In this document: positions 26,960 through 41,321 of the stretch, one piece after another | Numbering within the stretch: position 1 is the first letter of the stretch | How the letters are laid out: each line of letters starts with the position of its first letter | The notes under the pieces: generated by a model | What the model was told of the DNA's origin: nothing | What the model saw: only the letters and a program-made list of their open reading frames with translations | Database searches by the model: none | Program-made: the position numbers and the translations under genes | NCBI GenBank assembly: GCA_951406725.2 | Contig: OX597815.1 | Coordinates: 99,820,001-99,884,000 of the forward strand | Direction of reading: 5' to 3' | Length of the DNA: 64,000 bases | Source: Octopus vulgaris | Lineage: Eukaryota

Positions 26960-27767
26960 GTATAGAGGATAGGAATATTTAGTGTAAAAGTCTGTTATAC
27001 TTCTTAGATTATGAAAGTATATGATTATATTTTTCCCACCAAAAACTAATGCAGCATTGGCAAATTCCTTCCTGCACATGCGCGAAAATTCACAGAAATT
27101 GGGTTCTTAAACCCGCAATTTTTTATAAAACGTAAATATGTAATTCGCTTCTGTCCATTCGTGTATACTGCAAAAATACAACTCGCTGTGTGCATCGAAA
27201 ATTGGTAGGATGGTACCTACGCAGAACAATTTTCGCGCCTGAGTATTTCTTTTTGTATACTGATTCCAAAGTAACTGAAAATATTCTGACGACGATGGTA
27301 ATGATGATCGAGTAGGAGGATGAAGAGGAGGATTAATATGATGATGATGATGATGATGACGACGACGACAACGAAAATAAAGATGGTAGTGTTAGTGATA
27401 GTTCTGCTACTTATACAACTACCAGCATCATTATTAATGGCTGTAAATTACAAATAAAATGGCGGCCATTCTAGCGATGTTGTTGATAATGAAGACATTA
27501 GAAAAGTTGATAATAACACTCTCTGTGTGAGCGTGTGTGTGTGTGTGTGTGCGTGTGTCTGCATGTGTATGTGCATGTGTGTGTGTGTGTGTGTGCACGC
27601 GTGTGCGTGTGCGCGCGACAGCAAATAACTAATGAGTATCTTTGATTTTGGCGGTGTTTTTGCACAATGTAGGCTATTTATTAGATTATACATAGCGTAT
27701 ATGACATTAGAAAAATGCAATACAAGATATGCCTGGAACATTTGTCATCGGGAAAGTATAATTTAAA

Positions 27768-28122
27768 AGAAGAAGAAGAGGAAGTAGATGTAGAAGAAGT
27801 AGAAGAAGAAGAAGAAGAAGAAGAAGAAGAAGAAGAAGAAGAAGAAGAAGAAGAAGAAGAAGAAGAAGAAGAAGAAGAAGAAGATTGATGATGATGATGA
27901 TGATGATGATAATAATAAGTTATAAGGCTAAAGCTAGATAGGATAAATTGATTGGAACTATGAAAATATCTGATAAGAGAAATTTGCTTATGAAAACTCT
28001 CTGTAAAGCTGTTGGATTCCGAAATAAAATTACATTAAAAAAATTCGGAAATATAAAAGAAGCAAAACATTTCAAAAAAGTTGAAAACGTTTTTAATAAT
28101 AATAATGATAATATGATAAACG

Positions 28123-28213
<91 letters not shown>

Positions 28214-28224
28214 TGATGATGATG

Positions 28225-28306
<82 letters not shown>

Positions 28307-28317
28307 TAATAATGATG

Positions 28318-28401
<84 letters not shown>

Positions 28402-28672
28402 TTTTATATAAGGATTGATGAATGGATGATAGTTAGAATGAGGGATAGTTGGGTGGATGGATGGATGGATAGATGGATGGATGGAAGGATGGAAGGAGGG
28501 ATGGGTGCATGGATATGTGGCAAAGCAGGGAAAAGGGTGAATTGATGGATATGTGAATGAATGAATGAACGAAAGAATGAATTATTGAATGAATGAATGA
28601 ATGAAAAAAGTATAGAAAGTAAGAGAAACAATATGGCTGACATGCAAAACGAAAGACTGAAGCACAAAAGAA

Positions 28673-28704
<32 letters not shown>

Positions 28705-28856
28705 AGGAAGGAAAATAAGAAGTAAAGAAAGAAAGAGGAGAGTGAAAGAAGTGAATCTGTGTGGAAGAAGAAGAAGAAGAAGAAGAAGAAGAAGAAGAAG
28801 AAGAAGAAGAAGAAGAAGAAGAAGAAGAAGAAGAAGAAGAAGAAGAAGAAGAAGAA
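27768..28856. repeat. (GAA)n, (GAT)n, ~300-bp (AAT)n, (GGAT)n, (GAAA)n and second (GAA)n microsatellites
   Basis: Directly visible; explains the poly-N, poly-I and poly-L pseudo-ORFs. Confidence 0.95.
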
Positions 28857-29914
28857 CTATGTGCAAATGGTAGATCTAAATATTGAATAATAAAGCAATA
28901 ATACGTTGGACCAAGTACAAGTCAACAAGAACAGCTAAGAGAAAGAGAGTCACGCTTACAGTTGTTGAGCATAGAATTAGCCTGGAGATATTTCTCTAAG
29001 TGTGATTGAGAATTATATAAAGTAACCTCGGATCGAAAAAATTAAGATATTCTGACAAAAGAATTAAATTGAACACACATCAAATATATAAATGTGCGCT
29101 TTTATATATATATATGTGTGTGTGTGTGTGTCTGTGTCTGTGTGTGTATGTGTGTGTGTCTGTGTGTCAGTGTGTCTGTGTGTGTACCTATATGTATGTA
29201 TATATATATATATATGATTTAGAAAAATGTATAAAATACTTAGAGACTCCTACACACGGACCCACCGTCATCACCACCACCACTAACAACACCGAAAGAA
29301 AACATCATCAGCATATACATACATATACATACATAAATATATGCATATGTCTGTATGTATGTGTGTGTGTATGTGTGTGTGTGTCTGTGTGTGTGTGTGG
29401 ACATATGTGCGTATGCGCGTGTATATCTATGATTAATAGGAAATATATATATGAGTATATATATATAAATACATGTATATACAAGTATACATATATATAT
29501 ATATATACATATATATATAAATTATATAACATTTAAAGAAAACAAGCGAAAAATGCAGTAAGTTGTATTTTTTCTTATTCGTTTATTTATTTATATATTT
29601 TGATATTTATTTTATATTTTTCGTTTGTTGTCTTTAGTTTATGTTCATGTTGCTTTTTTTTTCTTATTTTAGTTTTTGAAAATTTTGGTAAAAAAAGAGA
29701 TGCAAAATAACGAGAAAGAGAACAATAACAACAGCAAGGAACACAACATCGATGAAGTCTACGACAGTAACAGCAACATCCACAACAATAGCAACAACAA
29801 CACCAACCAAACTAAGATGAAGAACAACTTGAGAAGAAAAACAAGAAAGAAAAAGTTTAATAACAACTTGAAATAATATGATGATGGAATGATGGTATAT
29901 AAAATAGTACTGGC

Positions 29915-29922
29915 ATACATAT

Positions 29923-30012
<90 letters not shown>

Positions 30013-30206
30013 GTGTAAACACATATATTTACATATATCTTTCTAAATAGATATACACATGCGTGTATACATATATACACACGTGTGTGATATATATATA
30101 TATGTATGTGTATGCATATATATACACATACAAATATCTATGTATGTATATATACGTATGTATATATATATATACACACATACATATATCTATGTATGTA
30201 TATATG

Positions 30207-30251
<45 letters not shown>

Positions 30252-30268
30252 GCATACATATATATATG

Positions 30269-30361
<93 letters not shown>

Positions 30362-30847
30362 TATATATATATATATATAGACATATATATATATATATAT
30401 TATAAGTACATACGTAAAATTGATAGAACAACACAAGCATAAATATTTAAGAAAGAATGAAAGAAGGAGAGAACACTGTAGAGAGGGAATAATAATTAAG
30501 AAAGGAAGAAAGAAGGGAAGCTGATATTAAGGTGAAAATGTGAAGGTGGTGGTATAGAAAATGAATTAGAGATTGCAATGGTGAAGTGGAAGATAGAGTA
30601 AAAACAATATTATACTAGAAGAGAAGTCAGTATTTTCTGTGTTACGCCAGCAACGTTGATCTTTCCCAATGTGTGCGTTGCCTAAGGCACAGTGAAATAT
30701 TATTTTCAAAGTTAGCATTCGATTATAAAGTGAAAAGCAAAAACAGTGAAAAGAAGAAAAATTAAAAGAATGAATTACATACAAAGCAAACACAGAGATA
30801 CATACACGTGTACAACGAGTTTGTGTACGTGTACGTATGTATGTATG

Positions 30848-30925
<78 letters not shown>

Positions 30926-31206
30926 GATATATATACATACATACATATAAGTATATGTGTGTGTACATATATATTGTATATATGTGTATAAACATATATG
31001 TATAGATGCCTAGATGCATGTGTATGTAGACATTCGTGTATATATATATATACGTATATGTATATATATATATATATACATACATAAATCGATAAATATG
31101 TCTGTACGTGTATATATAGATGTGTGTGTATGTATGCGTGTCTATATACATATATACACACACATCACACACACATTAATATATATAATACAGTCATATT
31201 TATAAT

Positions 31207-31255
<49 letters not shown>

Positions 31256-31280
31256 CCAATCTGTATGTATGTATATATGT

Positions 31281-31327
<47 letters not shown>

Positions 31328-31377
31328 TAATATATATACATATATATATGTATATATATGTATATATATATGTATAT

Positions 31378-31418
<41 letters not shown>

Positions 31419-31560
31419 CCCATTCTCTATGTATGTATGTAGGTATGTATTTATGTATGTATGTATGTATGTATGTATATATATATATGTGTGTGTGTGT
31501 ATTATGTGTGTACGTACGGATGTATGTATGTATTTATGGATGTATGCATGTATTTGAGTA
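29915..31560. repeat. Large compound (TA)n/(TG)n/(TATG)n low-complexity block with a unique island at about 30420-30790
   Basis: Directly visible. Confidence 0.9.
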
Positions 31561-32295
31561 TGTCTATGCGTCTGTGTGTGTGCGTATAGTCATTCTGTTG
31601 TATTAGAAGAAAAGAAGGGATTTTTGGTTTTGTTGTTTGCATCTTTCTTTTTTCTTCATCTTTTTGTTTTAATTGAAATATTATTTAAGTCGGGAAGTTT
31701 TAAACGCTGGCCGCCAGCCACTGCTTGACTTAGGAGAATAAAAGGATATTGCTTGATTTTACAAAGATGGTATCAGTTCAAATTGAAGCAGGCCTTTTGT
31801 TAGGTGAATTGTTAGATATTTTATAGCAGAATTCTACAGTCAACACTTCCAGACATGAAAATGAATATTAGCTGAGAGTGATTAGATAACATTATAGCAT
31901 AGAAAACAGCAAAGACAACGACGATAACAACAATAACTTTGACAACAAATACCATAGTAATGACAACTACTTTTGTGACAACTTCAAGAGCTATTGAAAC
32001 GCCAAAAAAAAATTCATATAAATTTATTCATGTATGTATGAATGTGTGTATGTATGTGTATCTATTGCGATAAAATAATCTGATGAAATTTGTTATGTTT
32101 AATGATCGATCTCAAAGATATAGTTGAGCGATATTTTTAATAAGTATGAGTAAAGAGCGGGCAACTAACGTGAGCATTTAAGATTTATGATTTCAGAATT
32201 GAGCCTGTAGTTAGAATGCGGGGGAGGGTATCGGAAAAGATTGAAGGTCACGAATGCCCTGTAATATTTATCTACCATATAAATACATACATACA

Positions 32296-32343
<48 letters not shown>

Positions 32344-33754
32344 TATGTGTATGTATGTATATATATACATACATACATACGCAGATATATATGTAATGAT
32401 GTTGATAGATATAGATATGAATACAGACGTAAACACAGAAACACATGCATGCATACATGCAAACATATACCTTTGACTTTACAAACAAGACAGTTTATAT
32501 GTCTACTCAGTCTCGTGCCTCCGCTGTTCACTGTGATAGCAGCTAACGAATAATGTCAGCTTCACTTTCTTATATATACAAGTACCTATTCAGAAAGCAT
32601 TATCACTTGGTTATTAGGTACTGAGGATTCAAGGTACTAAAAGCCCAACCCTGATATTTTGCGTCTGTGGAAGAATTAATGATACACAACAGAATCCTGA
32701 TGTTGATAGAAATACTTGCCTACAAAGACGCGTATTAAGTGTTTTTCATGCCGTTACACTACACAAACATAAGCACACACTCACATATATACGTGTGTAT
32801 GCGTGCGTGTGTGTGTATGTGTGTGTGTGTGTGTGTGTGCATGTGTGTACGTATGTGAGTGTGTTGCGCGTGTGTGTACAGATTTTCGGCGCACTGGTTG
32901 TCTCACCCGGATAACTTCAATGACATTTTTACTGTCAAAAACGTTTGGACAAGACCCTGATTCCTCCTTCGCTTAAGTTTTGTTGCGAACATTGACTTAC
33001 CGATATTTAATCGCGTGAATTTCAACAGAATGGACTGCAGATATCATGGACACTCTGCGAAATAATTCAATAAATAATGGATTCATTTGCAAATATATTT
33101 CTACATATGATATGTCTAAAACGGAGACGAATTAGTAAGAGTTGTAACATATTTTCTCACTGGTTTGTTGAATTAGATTGACACGAGGCTAATCAAAACA
33201 AAAACAATGTGTAAAGATTCACGTACAATAATCAGTGAACTATCTTTGCAATACACGGTCGATGGTACTACCGTACCGAGCGATTTCCACCGCATTGCGA
33301 ATTTCGTTGCTTTTCATCATTTCTAGTTATCCAGAAATGATTTTCAGGACGTTCATTACAGTCTACAACCAAGTCAGGTGGAACGTGCTAATTAATATTC
33401 GTTGCACAAGCTGTTTCTCACCACTAGCTAATTTAAACAGAGCAACTTTTAGCAACATCACTGGCTGTTTGGCCTGCATTATTTTATATCTGTTTGACTG
33501 ACTTGGCTAGCTGACACTGATGATCCACAATGCGATGATATCATGTAATAGGGTAAAGCCATTTGTCGGTGCTGATGACATTTCGACAACCGATAGAATT
33601 TTGGATGCTTTTTAGCATTTGTCATCTACACAAAATGATTTCAGGGATATTCACTGCAGTCTAAGATGTTATAAACAACACTTCCAAGTTAGGTTGGATG
33701 TGCTAATTGATATTCGTCACAAAGGCTACTTTTGTTGCAAATAGCTAATTTATA

Positions 33755-34199
33755 TCTATAAAACACTCCTTGGACGAAAATTGTACGCACATTTTGCATT
33801 GACGGTTAATGGCGGCCAAACCGAGGCTAGAATCGAGTTGAAAATTGGCAGGGATATTAAATGTGTGGTGAGGATGAGACCCGTGATGATTAAAATTCGC
33901 AAGCTATAAAGATGTGGTTGCTATGGCAAAAAGAGTGACTTTTATCGATTCAAGGGCGCCCAGAGCCCCTGTAGGTTTGGGCGATTGGATTTAAGCACTG
34001 CAGGCTGTTGTGCTTAATAAACATACATTTTGTCGCGAAATTCCGGCTACTAGGAAACGATTTTTCATTGTAAAAAAACGAGTGCTTTTTGCTCTCATTT
34101 TCTTTTTAACTTTTCATAAAATTTTCGTTTTTTTTTTAAACTCCTCATCTTTAAAATGTGGCCCGAGTAGACCCGAATGAAATCGGGTTATAATACTAG
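33755..34199 (+). mobile_element. Non-autonomous Helitron
   Basis: 5' a|TCtata, 3' subterminal hairpin acccga-atgaaa-tcgggt then CTAG|t at 34196-34200. Confidence 0.6.
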
Positions 34200-34377
34200 T
34201 CTTATATTTAAAAAGGGAAGTTGAACTCCGTTTGTCTATCCGTAACAACATTTCTGTAATGGTGGGAGGAAGAAGGTGGGGATGAAAAGGAGAGATAACC
34301 CATGTCGCAACATATTTATGAAGAGAAAAGGGGAGGAGAAAAAGTTGTTGTTGAAAGAGAAATACAGTCAGAGAGAT

Positions 34378-34447
<70 letters not shown>

Positions 34448-34769
34448 TGTGTGTGTGTGCGTTTGCGTCTGTGTGTGTGAAAGATAGATAGGTAGTGTTT
34501 TCACTGTAGTAACTGACAAATTTTGATTAATAACGCACAAGTCTGTCACACCACAACGAAACACACCATCAAGAAAAATAACTCTATGTAAATACATGAT
34601 TTTGAGGATTGTTTATTTGTGTGTCCATTTCTGCGCGCGCGAGTGTGTGCGTATGTATCTATAAGTGTGTGTTAGCGTCTGTGTGTATGGGTGTGTGTGC
34701 GCGAAAGATGTGATTAAAATGTGCTTAAAAGAAAAAAAACAGGTTGTCGCTGAGCATATCAATGTGATC

Positions 34770-35040
34770 AGTGTCGTAGACTTCTGCTGAACGATCTATT
34801 TCTTCTTAACCAGGTCTTTTTACCCGGCAGGGTGTGAGAGTCAACGATTTGATGACACAAATTAGGTGAAATTGGTTCTGAAGAAGCGCGTATAACGCTG
34901 TATATCAGAAAATTTTCAAAGAACATTCGACTTAGGTTCAATGTTGTTGTGTGTGACGGAGACTATGTTGCATGAATGAACGTAGCTACAATCTGATAGC
35001 TACTTAAAGCTGATTTAAAACGATTTCGTTGAAAATAAAA
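34770..35040 (+). mobile_element. Highly decayed mariner transposase 3' remnant
   Basis: Vestiges of SPDLAPSDYFLF (tcgtagacttctgctgaacgatctatttcttctt) and the C-terminal VV..DGDY (gttgttgtgtgtgacggagactat). Confidence 0.4.
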
Positions 35041-36684
35041 TGTCTAACGATGGATGAAATGATTCATCGAGTCGTTTTCTTCCTTTCCCTAGTGGAAATA
35101 GCAGCCACCTGGGCTTCAAATCAAACCCTACTATGTTTAAGCAAAGAAGTATAACATAGACAGACTATTTCTAGACATACATTAGACTTACAGCAAAAGA
35201 ACATAGCTCAGTGGAGGTATTTAGCTGCTTCTTTTAACAGATAGAACAACTAACCGAAGGCTCTCTTACCTATTACCTAGGGCTAAAAAACGATGATCCG
35301 TAGGAAGATACGACAGGAATACTTCAGTAGGAAAATTTAATTGCTAGAAATAGCAGTTAAATTCTTTTTAATAGCATAATTCTTTAACTCTGCGTCACAT
35401 GCTGGAGCGCTCGATATGCAAAAATAGCAGCTAAGTCCCACAACTGAATATTGTTCTTTAGTACTTGATCATATGTAAGCGATTGTTTAGGTGATCTCTA
35501 CATAAATTAAAATTAACAGTGAGCATTGTTCTTCAGCACCTCCTCTAATGTATGAGGACGTTTAGGTGGTAGCTGTATATGCTTGAAATAACAGGTAAAC
35601 TCTCCTTAGCCTTAGGTTATACTCAAGAAAACGCTTATGTAGTTGCTCTAAATGTTATAAATAGCAGCTAATTTCTCTTCTACGCATTGTCCTATTACCC
35701 TACGTCACATGGATGTGATCACTATATATCCTTAGCTAGCAGCCAATACCTCGAGAAAGATTTAGCTGCTTCTTCTAGCATATGCATCGACTAACTAAAT
35801 GATCGACTACATTTGACCTAAGGTTAAAGAGTAATTGTCTGTAGGAAGATTTAGCTCCATTTCTATGTGATTTCATACATTCAACCTAAGGCTAAAACAA
35901 AACAATGGTAAGTAAGGGTGGGGTATATGCCATTTCTAGCATCTGGAGTGATCGCCTAACCGAATTGACCTAAGGGTTAAAGAAAAATATTCTGTAAAGG
36001 GATTTGACTGCTATATCTGCCATAGAGAGCAATCAACTAAACAATTTGACCTAGGGCTAAAAACAATGATCAGTCGGGGAATACAATTAGAATACATTTG
36101 AACATAGCTTTATTTTATCAACGATGGCCTAGGGATAAACAACAATTATTAAATATTTGCATAAGTTGTTGAAGCTCTGGCTGGTTTTTGCCTGTGTACT
36201 TCTAACCAGAAAACATTCTGCAGGAGCAAAGAAACTTTTAAGGGATAGCTGGCCTGCAAGTAATAGAAGCTAAATCTCCTGGAGATAATACCATACAGTT
36301 TTAAACAATGAAAGGCATCTTCGATAATATAAACTGAAATATATCGGGTCTGAAACGAAATATATATGCATGAGACATTTGTGATGGTAAGTCGACTGGA
36401 TGCAGATGACTTGGGTTAATCTATAATAACGAAGACACGATGGAAGCATAACGAAGCACTGACACATCTTATGTTGTGGGCTGTGTTTCCAATCGACTAA
36501 GCCATCGGTTCTCAAGAAAATTGTCTTAATGCTATATTACTCAGGAACAAAGAATCCCTCCCCTAGATCTTACCCCACTGATTTTCTCTGAAAAGATGAC
36601 AAATTTATTGTGGCATTTTCAGATGTTTCTGAACAAATAACTGAACTGAAGCAATACAGATCAAGGTTTTCTACTCATAATTGT

Positions 36685-37131
36685 TTCAAATTTTGGCTCA
36701 AGGCCATCAATTTCGGAGAGGTGGATAATTCGATTACATCAACTTCAACGCTCAACTAGTCCTTATTTTATCGATCCTGAAAGGATGAATGGTAAAAATT
36801 GACCCATACAGAATTTGAACTCAGAACGTAAAGACGGGCGAATTCCCGCAAAGCATTTGCCCGGCGTGCTAGAACGATTCTGCCAGCTCGCCACCTTGAG
36901 TTTTTTACTCGTAATCCTTTCTACTATAGGCACGAGGCCTGAAACTTGAGTGGTGGGGTTTTAATCGATTACATCGACCCCAGTACACAAACAGTACTTA
37001 TTTTATCGACCTCGAAAAGATGAAAGGTAAAATCAACCTCGACAGAATTTGAACTAAGAAAGTAAAGACATGCGAAATGCCGCTAAGCATTTTGTCCGGA
37101 TCGGTAACGATTGTACCAGCTTGCCGCCTTA
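36685..37131 (-). mobile_element. Two tandem full-length SINE family A copies
   Basis: Each reads on the minus strand aaggYggc.agctgg...gttcaaattctg...tcgataaaataag; units about 36685-36898 and 36920-37131. Confidence 0.85.
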
Positions 37132-38371
37132 AGGTTTTTCACTCATAATGACAACGAAATGACAGCCGCAGTTTTGACCTCGTGAGCTATCGGCTGGTAA
37201 TTGCGAAACTGTATCCCATCGACCTTTTCCCTCCACATTGCACTACACTAAGCTAACAGTACAATTAATTTTACCAGCCTCTAAAATATTAAAATATATC
37301 ATTTTCTCTGCATCTCCTCGCTATATTCATCTGTCAACATGATTCCATACAACTATTTCCTATAAGACAAACACACCAACATGAACAATAATGTTCTTAT
37401 AATAGATAAGGTATAAGCTTAAGGATATTTAAACTCACCATGTAATCTAATAGTTCTGTGAAATCTACACGGAAGAAAATAGATTTGAAACAGCATACGT
37501 AAATAGTTGTAATGTCAGAGTGCGGAGAAGAACGTGACAAGAAAAACAATAGTGTGAAACTAAACAGCTATAGAATTCCAAAATAATTCCTTCAGTGATA
37601 CAAGCAAGCATGTGATAAATTTTAAGAATTGTAGAGCCATTTCATAAAAGGACTACTGAAAGCAACAGAATAATAAACTACAAATATTCTGTTATTTACA
37701 CCATCGATTCAGCGTCGTATCTAGCTGTCTGTTGTAAACCACGCCAATTGTGTATGTTGTTGCATTTACAGATCAGCTCTATATGAATACACATAGCTTG
37801 GAGCTATGCTATCTGAATGAAACATTCAACTGAGGGTTTCTATATTTGACTGTTCCTATTCTTTATTGTGGGGCATGCTCTCCTAAGGAGTTTGTACTTG
37901 AATTCATGTATCTTTCCTTCAGTTGAAAAATGGTAGGTAGGATGGCTTCTTAGAAAGATTCGATAACTCAGTAAAAACTATAGTAAACCATTTCATATCT
38001 AATGGTATGAAAGTGTTGAGTTCGGTTCCCTCATTGGTATTAGATGAAGGAGAGCAAAACGACAGCTAGATATATCATCCTCTTCTGTGTGATAGTGAGT
38101 AATAAGGTTACCTTATTCAAAAGCATAACAGTACAGTTCGAATAGATGACTATTCTCCTACCGAATCCGGTTAACTGTCCGTGGTCACTCAATTTGAAAG
38201 AAATAGATGGAAAACCTCCAAGAAATTAGATCCTACTGTCTTGAAATGAAATGGAACACATATTGAATAATGTAATCCTAGGAAAAGAGAATGGTTATGG
38301 CTTGAATGCCGTTGTTTATAGACCTCGGTGATCAGGCTGAACAATTACAAATTTTCATATAAATAGCCATT

Positions 38372-38900
38372 CCCTTGGCATAGATACATTGAAGCTCCGA
38401 CGTCTGGCAAACACCCACAAAATTATTAACCATCATGCCAACAATCACCTTGAGCACCATTTTGAGCTGCATGTATGGATGAAAGCATTCCCTTTCCATA
38501 CCATGAATGTTTATTCAAAGAAAAAGACAGCTTTGCATCTGTGTTGTCACAGGTATAGCTGTTGGAATGCAAAGAGCCAGAAAAGAAACTACAAGACATC
38601 CCTACAACGTCAGAAAACAGCACAGCTCCAATGACTTTCAGAAACACTTTTTCATACTCAGAGTTGCTGAAACATGGAACAAACTACCTGCATCAGTCGT
38701 TAGTTGCCGAGACATTGCATTCTTTAAAGCCTCCGTGCTTCCTGAAATTCGCCAACACTACACCTGATATTCCCCACCTCCATACGCATGTACACATCTA
38801 TATCATGACTCATACACTGTTCACTTTCCTGACTTTTGTACATAATTTTATGTACTGCACATGCACCTTTGCTGATTTATGTAACAAAGCACTATACATA
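38372..38900 (+). mobile_element. CR1/L2-group LINE 3' end fragment
   Basis: LGIDTLKLRRLA..HKII and KHFFILRVAETWNKLPASVV....FK, typical of the CR1-like ORF2 C-terminus, followed by 3' UTR. Confidence 0.75.
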
Positions 38901-39725
38901 ATAATTTCATTATATCATATGTTTTAGCTCTTTTCGCATTGAATTCAAATCATGCTAGGTCAACTTTGCTTTCATCCAGTCCGTGGACTATGTTATCCAA
39001 TATGTCATTGATTTAGATTTTAAAACCTGGCCTGAAGATACCTTACTGCTATTTGTAAGAGATCAAACCATCACGTATATACATCCTCATTGACTTATTA
39101 CTTCTTAGTGATCAATTTAGTGTGGAATCCTGCAGAAATCTTCGACCAAGAAGAATTACATTTTGGTTGAGTCGTTGGTGCTACTCATACAAAAAGATTT
39201 AGGAAGTTTGTTTTTATTGGTCCTAAACCGAGAAACAAAAGTAGTTGTTTGATGAAAGTAGTCCATTATTTATATCTCAACAAATACAAGTATTTGAATA
39301 GAGAAAACAGTTTCAGAATATCCCTCTAATCAAAGTTTATCCAAAGATTTAACCTCCGTGCGTTTGTGGAAGGAAGAACTAGTGTTCTACCAATGTTATA
39401 CGTATAGATAGAACCATTAGAAAATGTGTCAAAGTGATCATAGTCCATATGAAGGAAGTGAAGATATCTTTATCGGCACCACGTTGAATATGGCATAACT
39501 GGAGGCAGCAAAGAGAAATAGCGACTTAATGTGCAGTTATCTTTTTGGTGGAACAGTCCAAATCAGGAGTTACCTTGTTATTTTACCATTATCGAATTCC
39601 TATTGTTATCTGGGCGATTTGAAAAATAATACAAAATATTTTGCATAAAAGAGGTGGAAATTCTTGATGTTGAAAAGAATTAATACTAAAGTTACAAACA
39701 TTCGGTGGGGAAAGAATTAAAACAA

Positions 39726-40248
39726 TAGTAATTCCTCGACTATCGCTGGTGTTACGTTCCCAAACCTCCCGCGATTAGTGAAAATCCGCGAAGTAGAAAC
39801 ATTACTGAACTGTATATTTTTTTATTATTTTCATAATTTGTTTATATTTATTTTATTCTAAATGCAAAAGAATAACACACGCTCGCATCCCGAGTTTCAT
39901 TTTCCATACAGTATGTGCAATTATTTGTTTACCCATCTACGGTACACTACGAGCTTTATTTTACTGTATTTAATTAATGTGTTATACGATGCAGTACTGT
40001 AATGTAGTTTTATTTATTAGTTTATTAATCTCTAGGCATGAAAATGCTTATTTTACCCCTCAAATAATTAAAATCTAAAAAAATATAAATACCTATCGAC
40101 CGCAGGGACGCGCGATATTCTGAGGAGTCCGTGATATAAATTTACATGTATTAGCCAGAAAAGTCCACGATGTACTGAAGGCGCGATAGGTGAACCGCGT
40201 TGTAATGAGTGCGAGATAGGTGAACCGCGATATGGCGAGGGCTTACCG
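39726..40248. mobile_element. Tigger/pogo-like MITE
   Basis: Termini tagtaattcctcgactatcgc / ccgcgatatggcgagggcttaccg resemble CAGTA.TCCCTCG pogo-type TIRs; subterminal duplication gataggtgaaccgcg. Confidence 0.7.
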
Positions 40249-40783
40249 CATACGATTGAGACCGCTTGAGTAGTGGACAATACGCTGTACAACAGAAAGA
40301 TATGTGGTTTATGAACGTGATATTTACCTTCTATAATAGTTTCTAATCCAGCATGAGGATATGTTGCCACCTGCACCAATTCCTTCCATTGACCTTTGAA
40401 GATTACTTATTTCTTCCGTCCTTAATTTGAATGAAATGCACACGTGCATCCAAGCATGCATATAGGCAATTAGAACGCATATGTACACATTATTCGATGG
40501 CCACTAACTCCTCAAATTTCATCTGTTCTTTGACAAGTCTTGTTTTTCTTCCTCCAGGTATCCAAAATAACTCTTCCGCTCATCAAGCTTCTTTTAGCTG
40601 CCAATTTAGTCGCAAATGACCTGATCGTTCAACAGACTTTATGAAATCACAGCGCCTCACAAGTAACTTCACACACACACACGTACATATTTATATGCAC
40701 ATACATCCCTGCAACCATATATATATATATATATATATATAGCAATAATAAATCTCTAAACGAGATATAAACAGTAACTGCTC

Positions 40784-41250
40784 TATAACATAAGGGGCAT
40801 TAGCCATCTGAATGTGGCTAGGGACAGGGCAGGGCGGTGGGGGTGTTACTGATGCATTTAGCCCCAGGCGATCATCAACGTCACCAGGAGGGCTGACACC
40901 ATCTCGGTGTTCTCTAGCCTGCAAAGGGAGGTCATTCCCCGAAGAAGCGGATGCTACATACGCATGGTAAGCACCGCTTTCTCCGACGAATAACTCCCTC
41001 TACAAGCTATATTTAAGGGTTTTCATAGTAAACACATTTACTGCGTTGATAATAGGCAAATACCTTGAAACCTGGTCCGTATGTAGCATCCGCTTCTTCG
41101 GGGAATGACCTCCCTTTGCAGGCTAGAGAACACCGAGATGGTTGCAGCCCTCCTGGTGACGTTGATGATCGCATGGGGCTAAATGCATCAGTAACACCCC
41201 CACCGCCCTGCCCTGTCCCTAGCCACATTCAGATGGCTAATGCCCCTATG

Positions 41251-41255
<5 letters not shown>
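40784..41255. mobile_element. Hammerhead-containing element with ~178-bp near-perfect inverted arms (40784-40962 / 41078-41255)
   Basis: Arms are reverse complements with very few differences; GC-rich; right end joins (TA)n. Confidence 0.85.
41042..41081 (+). ncRNA. Type-I hammerhead ribozyme motif, U3-A8 core variant
   Basis: tgcg-TTGATAA-tagg(caaata)cctt-GAAA-cctgg-TC-cgta; GUC triplet at 41075-41077. Confidence 0.65.

Positions 41256-41321
<66 letters not shown>

Noticed and set aside
33330-33750. Diverged ~110-bp direct duplication (33337-33440 / 33635-33752)
   Set aside because: Appears real but is probably an internal repeat of an old unclassified transposon; no further structure seen.
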